64,000 nucleotides of DNA from Eledone cirrhosa (GCA_964016885.1 OZ024745.1:69750001-69814000); one strand, 5' to 3'. Shown: positions 26,501-41,009, counted from the stretch's first letter. Numbers and translations: made by a program. Notes: generated from the letters alone by a model not told the origin.

Positions 26501-29500
26501 CGTTTTTCCGGTAATCCATAAGAAGCTATCATATAATCTACTGAAGAAGTTGACTGCTATTTCTAACAGTGAACACAAACCACATAAAACATCCGTAGCG
26601 TTGTGATAACTGGAATATTTCCTAAGATCATGTAATTGGGAATGCTAGCCCTCGAGTGCCAGTTCTGTCTACACATTAGCCAAGAAGGAATAATCGAAGA
26701 CGTGACATGTTGCAGGTTTGACTTGCGCTTCAGTTTTCACGTCTGGTTGGACATGATCTTACAACGTAGCACAATGCCTAAGAACCTCGATATTTACATT
26801 ATACAGGTGTATAATGAGGGGGTGTTTCAGTGATTTAGTCATGGAAAATTAGCAGCATGTTAGAAGTGTTCGAAAGCTGATAATCAAATAATCGAGCTTC
26901 AAATTGGAGATTTATCGGAATACTTGTACAAAAGTCTTCGACGGTTAGAAGATTGTGTTCAAGCGGGTGGAGATTGATCTGAATGCTTTTGTTAAATACC
27001 TTCGACATTTAGCTGGTTGTATTCAAGCGGGTCACATAATATATCAATACATCGGAATTCCACACCGCTTCCAACTACCCACTTTCAACACAATGAATAA
27101 CGTAAATCTGAATATAGAAAAAGAAGCTATGATATCGGCTCTAAGCTATTCCTACATAGATCTGCTACAACATGTACACCTTTGATTTAACCTGCAACAT
27201 TACAATGCAAAAGACAAATTCAGTGACAGAATTACAATGAAGCAAACCTCTGTGTATGAAGAATTGTACAAAATAGTCAGCCGTGGCCTGTTACATTGAC
27301 TACCACAAGGATGATGAAAGAACGGGAAGATGAATGATACAAAAGTGACCGAATCTAAGTGAGAGGTGATCAGCCACTGAAATATCAGTAGGAAATAGTG
27401 AAGAGAAAACATGTTTCTGCTCCAGAGTCGGGATGTTTCTTCGACTTACGTCTGAGCTATTAGTTGAGTGGCGTTTATATGAAGGCTGTCTATGGTTTTT
27501 GGGTTGGAGTAATCTATTGCGGGTTTCTTCCGAGACCTGTAGAGGGTTATTACTTTGGGAATGCATGTTTAATCTTGTCAAGAATGTGTGTTGACTACAA
27601 GCAATCCTCGGGGATCGTTAGGCCTTTCATTTAGAACAATCTCCAAGGATACAGCTGCATGCTGCTCTTGGTTAAGTGTGATATTTTGTTTACGTATAAT
27701 CATCTCCTTTGCGTAGGAGAGATGTTGGAGCATATTTTTGACATCTTTGTTCAATGACTCAGTTACATATGTACATATAATGAGTAACTCGTCTTGTGGG
27801 AAGTTTACTGTCACGGGACAATTTTGTACATAATTAGATTATAATAAAGTACACTTTTACAAAACATATATCACATTCTAAGTATCCATTGTCAGAAGAG
27901 CAGAAAGAAAATGGCAAAGAATTAAGACAATGGGATCGAGCTAAAGACCTTGTGATTAAAAATCAAACCAGGACAACAAGACTGCCCTAGTTCATAAAAA
28001 TACGTAGTGTATTGAATGTATACATTCGGAAGCTAAGTCGATATTCATAAGATGTAAAATCTGAACGTAGCAGAAATAAATTAAAAACTATACAGTCTAC
28101 GCCACCTGGCTTACAAAAGACATAAACTGCCCTCAGTCAACTACGAAAAATTAAATTATTACTAAACGTTAACAAAATTTAATATATGAAATATTAAATT
28201 ATTTAAAAATCTAAATTGAAGTTGTCAGAATCACGCGATAAGTCTTTAGGATAGGAGATTCAAATGGAAAGAATCTCAATGGAATATAGATCTAACCCGA
28301 GGGTGATTAGTATTTGTTCAGAGCCAGTTACATACTGTATCTTTAATATAAAGGCAAGCACCATAGAGTGATTCTACCTTTCTAATTGATGACCTTAATG
28401 ACAGTATTTAAAATATAGATGAATATATATAGCGAAACAAGCAATTTAAAGCCATTTTCTCTGGTGAAGCATAGATAAACCCTGTGAGCCATATTGAAAG
28501 CATCATACGCAGCAAGTGAGGCTGACATGGGGCAATGATTTACACTTGGGCGCTATATTAGATAACAAAATTAAAATGTTTTTGTCACTATAATCCCCTA
28601 ATAAAAACACAAAACAAACAACTTCACTGAATAGCTGCCGGGGATAATAGGTGTGTATTCTTTATGGCACACTAGACATGAAGATTAAACTGAATGGTGT
28701 TGCACTGAAATATAAACATTAAATTGCTGTTTGTTGTGGATATTTGTCAGCAGCACCTTTTTAACGCATATCTTCAACATTGTGTTGGAACTAATTGGAC
28801 ACTTGGCGTCATAAACTTAGTAGTGGCTAAAGATATATGAAGTGGAAATATCTTGATCTATTCAAAAGACGTTCGAGTGCCTTTGAAATAACACAGCGTG
28901 TGAAAAGGATGCATCATTACAGAAGATTCTTTAAATATAAAGCTTTTCTGCAACACGATCGTAAATGTTTATGAATGATGCCCGAAGAAATAGGAAACCA
29001 TTTCGTAACTGAAACCTTCACGATTGCAAATTCTTTTTTCCTCGCATAAAATAAGATCAAAGTTCGAAAATTTGCGTTAGGAAATGTGAAGTGTCACATT
29101 TAGTAATTAGAACACTTCACTTTCGGTATCCAGTGTCCTTAGTTCCTTCTTTTACAATCATGTGTTTGCAGACACATATATTTACATCAATGCTATTGTG
29201 TCTGACGTTGACATACTGTCGCTCTGTAGGAAGTGAGGTCTTGATCTTGCAATATTTCTGTATGTCTTTATAATTTTGGTGGGGAGGTGTGACATCTTTG
29301 AACTTTAAAGAGATGAAAGAAAGTGCGCAATATGTGGTTATATTTGAAAGCGACTCGACGACCATTATATACATTTTTCTTTAATTTATCGATTTTCGTT
29401 TCTATTGCATCAAATAATACTCTATGAATATTCTACCACCATTTTCTCTCTTCGGGGGAGGGGGGTGGGGAGATTGAAAGAATGGAAATCTAATTCCAAT

Positions 29501-30685
29501 AAAGATACATTGAATTTAGAAAATATATTTAGTAGGGTCATGCTGCCAATAGCTACGTACGCCGATAGGACTTCAATTTCTTTGTTTTTATTTTTAACCA
29601 GGTAACTAAAACATTAGTCAGTGTTTTAAAACAACCTATCGACTATTTAACTAAATGTCAAATCACAAATGTGTGACCTTATCAATTAACTTTTGTCATC
29701 TTTGCCTCATCTCTGGCTCAAGCTATCCTCAAGGCTAAATCATGAGAACAAAATGGATTAGCTTGGAGACTATGGTGAGCGGTGGAAGAGAAATGGAAGA
29801 AAATGTCATAGGTAAGGTCACAGAATGTGTGCTGATAAAGCTTTGACAATTAGCAAAATGGACGATATGAAGTGTAACCAAGTGATGGATGGATTGTTAC
29901 CTGATAAATAATGAAAAATAATTAAAAAATGAATTTGAAACACAATCGGTACGCATGTCTACGTTGGAAATAATATTCCAAATTATTACAATCCCACTTC
30001 AACAAACGATGTCACATGAAGAATCCTTCGAAAAAATGAATAGAAAAATGAATTATATCAGTTTCCTTTAAATTACTCAATTTTCCATGCCTTCCACTTT
30101 CCTTGAGATTTAAGGGTCATAGGAGAACTGTAGGCTGGAATAGTGTGCCTGCTCCCTCCGTCTTTTAGGTGCCAGGGCTTGGGTTATCGGAGTATTTTGC
30201 CTTATTTTCCCCAGATCTGTTACATGAACAGTGGTCCTAATCAAAAGTTCGATATTGTCACATGATTGTGACATCTTTATTGTTCTTTTCCTTACATCGG
30301 TTAGCATGTCTTTGTAGGTGGCTGACCAGGTAGTTTGATTCCCTGCAAATGTTTTCCTTACTTACATGTTACATGTAGGAGATGCATATAATTTTGTTCA
30401 ATTTACGTCACTTTATTCCATTGAAAACCATGCAAGTTTAAATCTTCATTAATCTTATCCATGTACTTCGTTTAAGTTACCTATCACACATCATTCTTTT
30501 TATTTTTATTATTTCTTCTATTCTTCTACTTGTTGCAATCAAACGACTGCGGCTATGCTGGGGCAGCGTGTTTATTTATCAATCATGTTGATCAAACTAC
30601 TTATTTCCCTTAAGATTGGTACTTATTATATTGATTTCTTTCTTGCTGAACTGCCAGAAACAAACTCATGTGTATACCCCCCCCC

Positions 30686-30717
<32 letters not shown>

Positions 30718-30767
30718 GTATATATATATATATGTATATATATATATGTATATATATATATTATATA

Positions 30768-30832
<65 letters not shown>

Positions 30833-30834
<2 letters not shown>

Positions 30835-31387
30835 GGTGGCTCCCAACTCGTTTTGGAGTACGACCACTACTTTATATCCATGTAGGAGAACCCCTACCGA
30901 TGCGCTGAACGAGTGCGACTTTGTAGTCCAGCCAGCGACTTGAAAACTCTGGTACAAACACTACACTTGTGACAATTATTGACACAGTGCTGGGCCCACG
31001 ATACCACGTGATGACAAGTGCAGAGGGATATCCAGATATAAAGCAATGCCTGTGCCGTGAAGCCTTTATAGTGAGCAAAGGCACTGCACAAAGCCAGTCC
31101 CACTCTCTTAATCAAGATGATATTTAACAAAAAGAAGAACAAATCAACATCATTGGATACCATCAGGGTTGCAGGTGTTAGACAGAGTTTTCCTTCTCCT
31201 AGAATTCTGCCTTGACAAAGGCTAAGGGATCATCTCTCCCGGTGATTTTGGATGGCCATTGACTCTTAAGAGCTCCTTTGCCCTTTGAGAGGTTTTATTT
31301 TTAGTCACCCTCCTCACCAAGAAACCTTGATGGAGTTGCCAGTTTAGTCGCCAACGACCCGACCATGAGACCGGTTGTACTGGGATA
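30833..31387 (-). mobile_element. Non-autonomous RTE-derived bipartite element, copy A (5'-clipped)
   Basis: Highly similar to 54320-54929 and 55601-56210; encodes a C2H2-like stub [22 protein letters not shown]; flanked by (TA)n. Confidence 0.7.
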
Positions 31388-31402
31388 TAAATATATATAT
31401 AA

Positions 31403-31493
<91 letters not shown>

Positions 31494-31514
31494 GATATAT
31501 AGATATATATACAC

Positions 31515-31665
31515 ACACGACAGGCTTCTGCAGGTTCCGTCTACCACATTCTAATAAGTAGTGGTCAATCCGAAGCTAAATCAAAAACACTGGTGTCAGA
31601 CAGAGGATGTGAACCGGAAGTCACCTTGTGCAGTTAACCCCCTTACCCATATAGCCATGCCTAGG
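31515..31665 (-). mobile_element. Degenerate CORE-type SINE
   Basis: CGACAGGCTTCTGCAGGTTCCGTCTACCA...TTACCCATATAGCCATGCC, similar to the 17082 copy. Confidence 0.5.
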
Positions 31666-31949
31666 ACGTTTCATGTGTTGTTATTATTTTTAGATGCTGG
31701 TGGTTGTTTTCTCCAATAATGGTCAATCTACTGTTAGATACTTCATAATTTCAACTATTATTCACTAAAAGCGACATAAATCAATGGATTTGTCCTAATT
31801 GATTTTTCCCCTAATGTTAGATGTTTGACGTATTAAAACAAAATCAATTTTTTTTTTCATCTGGTTGATAATCTTCGATTTAGTTGTTTCATTAACCTTT
31901 TGTACATGCACCATTTAGACAGAGAGAGAAAGAGAGGGTGTGTGTGTTG

Positions 31950-32085
<136 letters not shown>

Positions 32086-34429
32086 CGTTAACGACATTGC
32101 ATATGAGAAATAGAGACTACAAAATATCAGTGAGGGACTGTGAAAGAGAGAGACAATAGTGAGAGAGTGAAAGAGCAAAAGACGAGTGATGCAGTGAAAT
32201 TAAGAGAAACGAAAGAAATGGTCAAAGCGTATGAGATACTATTATGGGAGTAAAAGTGAGGAGTTAGAGGAAGAGAGAGCGAAATACTAATAAATGAACG
32301 AGAGTTATATATGTATGTATATATATATATATATATAGGCTACAATGAAATTGCAAGAGTAATAGAGTGTGGTAGGGAAAGAGCTTGTGTACGATATTTT
32401 ACTTTACTGCTTGCTGAACGTTGGATCTTCTCGGCATAGTTGTGTCTTGTCATTAAGGCAGTGAGGCAAAAGTTGAGCGATGTTAATGTTTCTTTGTTAT
32501 TTTTTCATGTTGCTGCCTAGAAAATCAACATCCGGCTTGCTACTATGAACCTGCTTATTTGTTCTTTGCATGTTAACCAATATTCATATATTATGAATAT
32601 TCATAACATTAATAACCATAATAGCCATTATTAAAACCTTACCTTTTGTTAAAACTTCGTGTTATATAATACGTTCAATTGTCTGTCGTAAAAAGTTATC
32701 TGTATTACATTAGAATTCATTACTACTTTGTGCAGATACATATATTAAGCTATTCATGTTATTACTAAAAGTTATATTTTGTGAAGCAAAATTTTCTAAA
32801 ATAATATTCTAAATATTTCAAAACACGAAAATATTCTTGGCATATTTTCAGTAGATCACTTTATTTTTCATATATCGAGATATTTAAGTTTTGTTTTTGG
32901 TATAATAAGCTGAAAACCTACATATTTTTTTATATGAATAATCTTTCTTTGGTACAGTTTCCTCAATTAGAAACATGATTACACGTTACTCTAAATTCCT
33001 GTATATTTTCTTTGAAATATTTTAAATCTCGAAACTGCTACTGACTTGCGCGTTGCGACCCCGTGATGAAACTAATTCAATTACATTGTGGAAGAGTCGT
33101 TTTAGATATTTTACAAAATGGTGTCAAAATTGTGCTTGCACTGTTTATGTCACTAAAACCACGAAATAAATGTAAAGTGTATTTAACATCATTTTTTAAT
33201 GGCTAAAACAAATCTTCCACAACATAATTGCCTGTTTTAAATATATTCGTGTATTTATTGTTTACTGCAACACTATTTTTTCTGTTATAAGTTGACAGTT
33301 TTGTCATTAGTAAGTTGAAAATGTTCAGTAACATACAAACTTATTGATAAAATATTAAAATCACTGGAACTGATAATGCAGCAACATTACATAAATGGCT
33401 TTATACTTTTCTAGACGTTCTCGTGGCTCATATTGACTCACACCTGTGTAGGCTTAGCTGAATTCTCATAGAATTGGCACACATTGAACTTCTCCTGTGT
33501 GCTTTTAAGATAGCGGTCCCTGTATCATCATGTCACGTTTTTCTTGCAGTAAATGGAAGTGAAATTTGAACTCAAAGGTCACAGACCCGGAATAGGTAAC
33601 GTACTTTACCAATCTGTCAATCTACACTCCTTGTACTAAAAGGCTGAAAAACAAAATTCGATCTCGTCTGCATTTGGAATCGGTGCGCATAGAGCCGAAC
33701 CATAGTAGATAATTAATTTGACGCTAAATACGAATTTATAGTCAATTTACCAGAAATATACATATGTCTACACACACTACTTACCTTTTTTTAAATTTAG
33801 AAACTATTAAATTAAAAATGTAAACAAGTTCACCACAAATATTTTTTTTTATATTTAAGATACCAAAGCAACATGGAATGAGAGAGTTGTCTCCAACATA
33901 TTTATAAAGGACGTACTATGCATATTTTCAAGTCTCCATTCATTAAGTACTCAATATTTAATTTCGCAGCAGAGAAATTCGCATGTCGTCTTGTAATATA
34001 ATGTTTCTTTATCCTTCATTAAATAATAATCTAACAAATCACGATTCCTAATCAACTTCTTAATTATATAGTTTAACTAAAACTGTAGTAATACTTTTAA
34101 AATAAACTCCTTAATACAATTTCTGAATGAAAATCATCAATGCATCAAACACGATCATAATTCCCGTATCATATATTGAATTCTTATAATTCAAAAAGAG
34201 GATGGAAGAATTTAAAGAGAACCTCTGACCTTAAATGTGGAACACGAATTAGAGCGAATTAATGCAGTATCACATTATCAGTTGTCTTAAAATTCATGCA
34301 TAAAATAAAAGTCCTGTTGTTTCCAATATACGAAAATTGAAGATCAAATTACAATTGATTTCAAAATGTACACATAGAGTTAGAGACGTGGTCTAACCAT
34401 TGGATTCAGTACTTGTGGATTTGAGCTTC

Positions 34430-34880
34430 ATTGCTGACTGCCAAATTTCGTTCGCAGCATCTGTTGTTGAGAGTGCACGCTGATCTATCCAGACAATTGG
34501 AACTCCTGTGTTGCTCACCACTAATATCGTTGTTTCTTCTGTTAGAGAGGAGTTTTTTTATTGTTAGATGAAGCAGTGTTTTGTGATGTAGAAAGGTTTA
34601 ACAGTGTTTCTAATGATGAGATTGTGGTAGCGATGTTGGGGTGGGAAAATGTTTATAGAGAAGTCTGGAGAAGATCTTCCCAATTGGTGTTGCAACCTCA
34701 GCATTTTGGGGAGGGTTGAACCACGTTACATGGCGTGAGTGGTGGCGTCTCCTGCTGGATCCGCTAGAAGGGCCAGGATAATAGGAAATGGCCTCCCGGA
34801 AGCCGCTCCGTTTGAGAGCCTGGTTGCAATATGGCGCGTGTTCATTGAAGATCTGCTCGTTTGCGGACAAACGTGATATT
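34430..34880 (-). pseudogene. Penelope-like (Naiad-type) RT-thumb/linker fragment, inverted
   Basis: SANEQIFNEHAPYCNQALKRSGF...TWFNPP...IGKIFSRLLYKHFP is homologous to ORF 44502-45404. Confidence 0.8.
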
Positions 34881-35402
34881 TTTTTAATAAGTTATTGGTA
34901 ATGTTCCACCAGAAGAAACAACAACGATATTAGCAGTGAGAAAAATAGGAGTTACAATTGTCTGGATAGATGATCGTGCCCCCTCAACAACAGATGTCGC
35001 GAACGAAATGTGGTCTACCAGTGCAATGTGAGGACGGAACACTCCAATAAGGCCTACATCGGATTAACCGCCAGCGAGTTTAAGACCCGGTATTACCAAC
35101 ACCAACATTCATTTAGAAGCCCGGCCCCGCAACTCGTGACAGCATTTTCTGGTCATTTTTGGGACCTCCAAGACAAAAATATTACTTACCATCTTAGTTG
35201 TATTACTTACCATCTATGTTCCAAGGCAAAATATTACTCGGGAGGACACCGTCAGTGCAGTTTATGCACGGAGGAAACGATCCAAATGCTGTTTGCAAAG
35301 GACCAATTGTTAAACAAAAAGGGTGAACTCGTTACCTCATATAAACACAGAATATATAAAACATATCTTACCTTCAAACCCCCTCACGACCCAGGTGGGT
35401 AG
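34880..35402 (+). pseudogene. Penelope-like (Naiad-type) GIY-YIG endonuclease fragment
   Basis: CPLNNRC..NVVYQC...YIGLTASEFKTRYYQHQHSF...CSLCTEE...LLNK. Confidence 0.85.
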
Positions 35403-36069
35403 ATCTTGGCGTTACCTCGTTCCCAATTACAAACTAAGATAGAGGAAACCCCAATCATACTTAGATAGAAATATAATATTTTCTTCGTTATTTACACATT
35501 ATAACTACACTTATGTGGATCTTTGCATGCTTACCCTATCATAAACAGTTACTAATCTTCCTTAGGTAAACACGGATTATTTACACTCTGGTTGAAATAT
35601 ACATACAGCCCTATGGAACCGGCTGAACATATTAGCTATGATACTTTACTAGACTAGGGTTGATTTTGGGGTGTCCGATTATAATAGAAAATACAAGTAA
35701 ATTTGTATCGAGGTATTCTTCCTGTGCACTAGAGTAATTAATAACTAGATTCCTTCATCAGAACTGAATTAGTATTAACATATAAATGCTTTGCTCTTTA
35801 GCCAAGTGTTAGATTGGCAAACTTAACATTTCTAACTACCTTCTTTGATTGTTACACACAGAAATAATATTCTGGTTCCTCACTCTATTTATCTGGCGTC
35901 CGTCAGTATTCAAATAACTCCCATATTCTTTATTTAGAAAAGGTCTCGATAGAAAATAGTAACCTAAGTAAACATGAAAGAACAGCCGAACTCCCACTGT
36001 GATTGGCTCCATCTCTCTCGCCCTTCCCATATTTCTTTATGGTGACCAAATGGGGTCCCATGTGTCGCC

Positions 36070-36760
36070 CTCCCTACAGCCTCGGGGGACAGAATGGAGA
36101 ACGCGTTTTCCCGGAGGATGGTAAGGAAGATGTGCTGGAAGAGCCATTCCAACTCACAACGATCACACCTGCGGCTGGCCAGCTCAGCGCCTATGGTCGT
36201 GAGTCGGGAGATAGCCCTAGGGCCAAGGACACCTGAAGTCTCCACTGTCAAGGGCATGAGCGCGAACCTGTCCGAGAGCGACCGGTACTTGGAGAGTTTG
36301 GCCTCCTTAGCACGACATGCAGCAGAACCTGGGCTAGCCGCAGACTGCAGCAGATTGCGGCTGGAGAAAATGTCGCTGCATGTGACATCCCAGACAAGGG
36401 GTTTGTTACAGCGGAATTGGAGGATGGTCATGCCCCTCGGTCCAGCCCCACCACATCGAGCTGTGAAGGGAAGCCTGCAGCGCCCAAGCTATGCTTTATG
36501 ACTACGTTGAGGGCAGTATGGCGTGGAAGACGGCGAGCACTGTGGCGACAGGAAAGCGGGTGGAGGCAGAACGAGTCCACGGTGGTACCACAGTAACATT
36601 TGTGTGGCTCGTAGATCCAGAGACCAAGCAGCCAGGAAATGCTGATGTCAGCAGGGGAGAAGGGGAAGGGACGTCTACTGGGCTAAGAACCCAGCCGGTC
36701 CCACATCTCGCAGGCGGCTTCACGTTCCCTGATTACAGATGGTTCCATTGTGATTTGGAG
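36070..36760 (-). pseudogene. CRE-clade non-LTR retrotransposon 3' fragment (zinc knuckle plus restriction-like endonuclease)
   Basis: CYCGTTVDSFCLHPLSC..RRLPRHTALN, then (frameshifted) KPLVWDVTC..AACRAKEAKLSKYRSL..PLTVETSGVLG..LFQHIFLTILRENA. Confidence 0.8.
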
Positions 36761-37126
36761 AACCCTGCTGACGAGGAGCGCAGCATGAGGTTACCGACGA
36801 AACAAACGCCGAAAAAGCCAGGGAGATCGGGGGTTTACCGTTTCTATAAATTAAAGATAGTTGTATAGATTTCTCTCGTATTGCCGTACGTGCACGCCTG
36901 ACTTGCATGTCATCCACAGGTCAGACTACTTTCTTACTCCCTCCCCTTTGTTCTTCAGGCCTGTTCAGCACCCCACAGCTATGAAGAAATTTAACTATGT
37001 ACACAACATCCCTGATCATTGACCACTCCCCGTGACGGACAAAAAAATAACAGCAAAGTTTTAGGATTTGTTTGCTTAAATATTTTTGCTTTTTTTTGTT
37101 TTGACTGAATGCCCGTATATTGACTT

Positions 37127-37222
37127 ACCCCTTGATAAGTTCAACTAGATTCCCGCCGTTCTAATACAGGTGGCTTAGTTCGGATCTAACTGTCGAAACG
37201 ATCGGAGCTCAGCCGACAGGGA
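37127..37222 (+). ncRNA. Decayed copy of the U3-A8 hammerhead family
   Basis: ACCCC-TTGATAA-G...TCGAAACG..GAGCTCAGCCGAC-AGGG; cleavage triplet mutated to GAC. Confidence 0.5.
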
Positions 37223-37235
37223 CTCATTCTTTTCC

Positions 37236-37271
<36 letters not shown>

Positions 37272-37391
37272 GGTGAGTAATGTTGTAGATACATAAAACT
37301 ATGCATATATGAGAAATGTAGCACTCAACAGTTGGTAGAACTGGAGCATATATAATAAAGATGAAATAAAGATGGTTATAATAGTTCCATA

Positions 37392-37465
37392 TATTTTTTA
37401 TTATACATATTTCGAATACAAAATCATCCTGCGACAGATGTTGTATTCTCTTCAGACAAAAAATA
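37392..37465 (-). ncRNA. Type I hammerhead in the pLTR of an RT-less Penelope-like element (truncated mate at about 40692-40740, +)
   Basis: Minus strand TATTTTTTGT-CTGAAGA-GAATACAA...TTGTATTC-GAAA-TATGTA-TA-ATAAAAAATA. Confidence 0.7.
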
Positions 37466-37612
37466 AGGTACAATGATATGAGACATAATAGCACTTGTTT
37501 ATAGGGTAGTGCTAAGTCTACATATGATAGAAATATATGTGTTAATTCTATAGTAAGGAATAGATAGGAAAAGAGAAGAAAAGGAAAGAAGAAGAGAAAA
37601 AAGCAAAAATAA

Positions 37613-37669
<57 letters not shown>

Positions 37670-40443
37670 TTGATCAGGAACCCTGGCAAATTGAAAACAG
37701 CTGTAAATAACGGTTGAAAAATAAATTGATGAGGTGTATGTGCGAATATTATTGAAGGTATTCAAATATGAGAGGTTTAAATATAGAAACTGGGTATATT
37801 ATTTTATATTGGGTTTAAATACTAAAAATTGGTTTAAGAAGTGTAAAAATGTATTAATAAAATAAATATAAAACGATGTTTATAAAATATAGATAGTCTA
37901 TCTATGTCAAAGTTAATAATTTCTAGTAAAAATATATATGTGGGTTATACTATTTAACTTTTATTTTAAATCATTAAGTAAATAAAGGAAATTGCTAGAA
38001 GGATTTATAAACGTAGAAAATACTTAGAAAAAATCTATTATAATATGACGTCATCTTTTGTTTACAAAATAAACGAAGGTTTGAGCGAAAAAAAAAATAA
38101 TACATTGTAGAATAGAATGAAAGAGGTTTAAAGATAACAGTGACTCGTGTAATATGTTATAGGACATCAGCTATATATTTTGTGAAAGGTCTTGTAGGAT
38201 TTATGATTACAAAGTCGAAATAAATCGGTTCTTCGATTTATTAATGTGTTGAAATTCGAGATAATGGTAAATTCTTCAGCTAGACATACATTACAAACAC
38301 TAGATATGGAAGCATTGGAGTATGGAGATGCGTTGTAGATTTTACGCCAAGAAATTTCGTAATTTATGTTTTTGTCTTTTAAGGACCAAATACGATCTGA
38401 GAGTGCGGTGCTGGTCCTTTTAAGTGGAGATTTATGTTCGTATACTCGTATAGGTTTTTATTGAGACAGAAATTACTAAGAGGATGATTAGTTCTAATAG
38501 GGAAGTTGCATTTACGATTAATATTATTTACAGAGTTATTGGCAAGTGGCCCAGGATTAATTATATTAGCATCAGGAGTGATGGAATTAACTAAAGCAGG
38601 TGCTAAAGTTTCTAGATTTATATTACTATTTGATGCATTCCTCAAAGTTACGTTTGACGTCGTATTTATACTTGTGTCATTTTGCTTAGAGTTTACATTG
38701 GCGTCGGGCCTTATGCTGTTATTATTATGACTCTCATGGTTGGATACATATGAGTTATTATTTAATATTTTATAATTATGTCTTGAGATAATTTTGGAAA
38801 TGTTCGAACTAGTAGAATACGAGAATTTAATAGTATGCCTATTGAAAATTGAAGGAGGGAAGCTGTTATGTAATGCCCTAAAAAATAATTTAGCATCACA
38901 ACTTCACTTAAAGATATACCTATACCGGTAAAAACTGAATTCACAAAACTTTTGATAGAAAAAACGGACTCTTTCGTGCGTAGGCTTAGATGGATCGCTC
39001 ATATCCATGACCAGCGCTTAAAAGGAAATTTTTTATAGAAATGAACCTAATAACCTTGATTCATTATTTAACTCCAGAAGAAATCCTCCCTTTAATAAAA
39101 ACTTAGCACATTTTACAAATGAATTAACTAAAATTATACGAGGACTTAAATTCAAAAGAAACCCTTATCGAGGCCAGGGAAAATTCTTGTATTCTACTAC
39201 TTCGAACATTTCAAAAATTATCTCTGGACATAATTCTAAAATATTAAATAATATCTGATATGCATCCAACCATGAGAGTCATAATGATAACAGTATAAGG
39301 CTCGACGTCAATGTAAACTCTCGGAAAAATAACACAAGTATAAATACGACGTCAAACGTAACTTTGAGGAATACATCAAATAGCAATGTAAATCTAGAAA
39401 CTTTAGCACCTGCTTTAGTTAATTCCACCACTCCTGATGTTAATATAATTAATCCTGTGCCAATTGCCAATAACTCTGTAAATAATATTAATCGTAAATG
39501 CAACTTCCCTATTAGAACTAATTATCCTCTTAGTAATTTCTGTATCGATGTGGTAACTAGTACAAATTCCTATACCTACATTGGCTCTACTTGTACCTCC
39601 TTTAAAGCAAGATTTTATAATCATTTCTCTACATTTAAATCTCCACTTAAAAGGACCAGCACCGCTCTCTCAGGACTTATTTGGTCCTTAAAAGCCCAAA
39701 ACATAAATTACGAAATTTCTTGGCGTAAAATATACAACGCGTCTCCATACTCCAATGCTTCCATATCTAGTGTTTGTAATTTATGTCTAGCTGAAAAATT
39801 TACCATTATCTCAAATTTCAACACATTAATAAATCGAAGAACCGATTTATTTCGACTTTGTAATCAAAAATCCTACAAGAACTTTCACAAAGTATATAGC
39901 TGATGTCCTATAACATATTCCACGAGTCACTGTTATCTTTATACCTCTTTCATTATATTCTACGATGTATTATTTTGGTTTTCTCATTATATATTAAGCC
40001 TCTGATCTTCTTTTGTATAGCCTTAGATTTTCGCTCAAACCATACTTTATTTTGTAAACAAAAGATGACGTCATATTATAATAGATTTTCTCTACGTTTT
40101 TTCTACGTTTATAAATCCTTCTAGCAATTTCCTTTATTTGCTTAATGATATAAAATAAAACTTAAATAGTATACCCCACATATATATTTTTACTAGAAAT
40201 TATTAACTTTTACATAGATAGATTATATATTTTGTAAAAAATATTTTTATATTTATTATATTATTACATTTTTACACTTCTTAAACTTTCCATATTTCGA
40301 CCTCTAATATTTGAATACCTTCTATAATATTCGAACATACACCTCATCAATTTATTTTTAACCGTTATTTACAGCTGTTTTCAATTTGACAGCATTCCTG
40401 ATTCTCTCCCTCCCTCTCTGTCTCTCTCTCTCTCGCGCTCTCC

Positions 40444-40504
<61 letters not shown>

Positions 40505-40736
40505 TCTCTCTCTCTCTCTCTCTTCTTCCTTCTTTTTTTTCTTATCTTTCTTTATCCTTTTTTCTGTTCTTTCCTTTTCTTCTCTTTTCCTATCTACTTC
40601 TTACTATAGTATTAACACATATATTTCTGCCAATCGTAGACTTAGTATTATCCTATAAACAAGTGCTATTATGTCTCATATCATTGTACCTAATTATTTA
40701 TCTGAAGAGAACACAACATCTGTCGCAAGATGATTT

Positions 40737-40740
<4 letters not shown>
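37417..40740. mobile_element. Internally deleted Naiad-type Penelope-like element (+, about 38880-40740) preceded by an inverted copy of its 3' part (37417-38826)
   Basis: About 1.4-kb inverted arms (37417-38826 vs 39181-40740); N-terminal SLKDIPIP..KLLIEKTDSFVRRLRWIA at about 38900-39000; no RT motifs seen. Confidence 0.85.
39364..39903 (+). pseudogene. GIY-YIG endonuclease domain of the Naiad-type element
   Basis: TYIGSTCTSFKARFYNHFSTF..TALSGLIWSLK..NYEISW..CNLCLAEKFTII..LINRR. Confidence 0.85.
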
Positions 40741-40772
<32 letters not shown>

Positions 40773-40795
40773 TGTGTTTGTGTTTCTGTGTGTGC

Positions 40796-40829
<34 letters not shown>

Positions 40830-40854
40830 CATATATATATATATATATATATAC

Positions 40855-41009
<155 letters not shown>

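Noticed and set aside
26600-27830. Possible ancient Penelope RT relic on the minus strand (SLYTCI-like word)
   Set aside because: Only one short motif with many stops; needs tBLASTn/HMM to support
34960-34985. In-frame TGA in the Naiad Cys-rich linker as possible selenocysteine (reported for some Naiads)
   Set aside because: TGA is not at a Cys position, the inverted copy has TCA there, and ORF 44502-45404 has ordinary Cys codons
35690-35770. Minus-strand CTGATGA-AGG...CCT-CGATAC hammerhead-like motif
   Set aside because: GAAA is mutated and stem I does not pair; at most a dead relic
36765-36815. CTGACGAG...CGAAAC
   Set aside because: No stem III or stem I closure; chance match beside the CRE fragment
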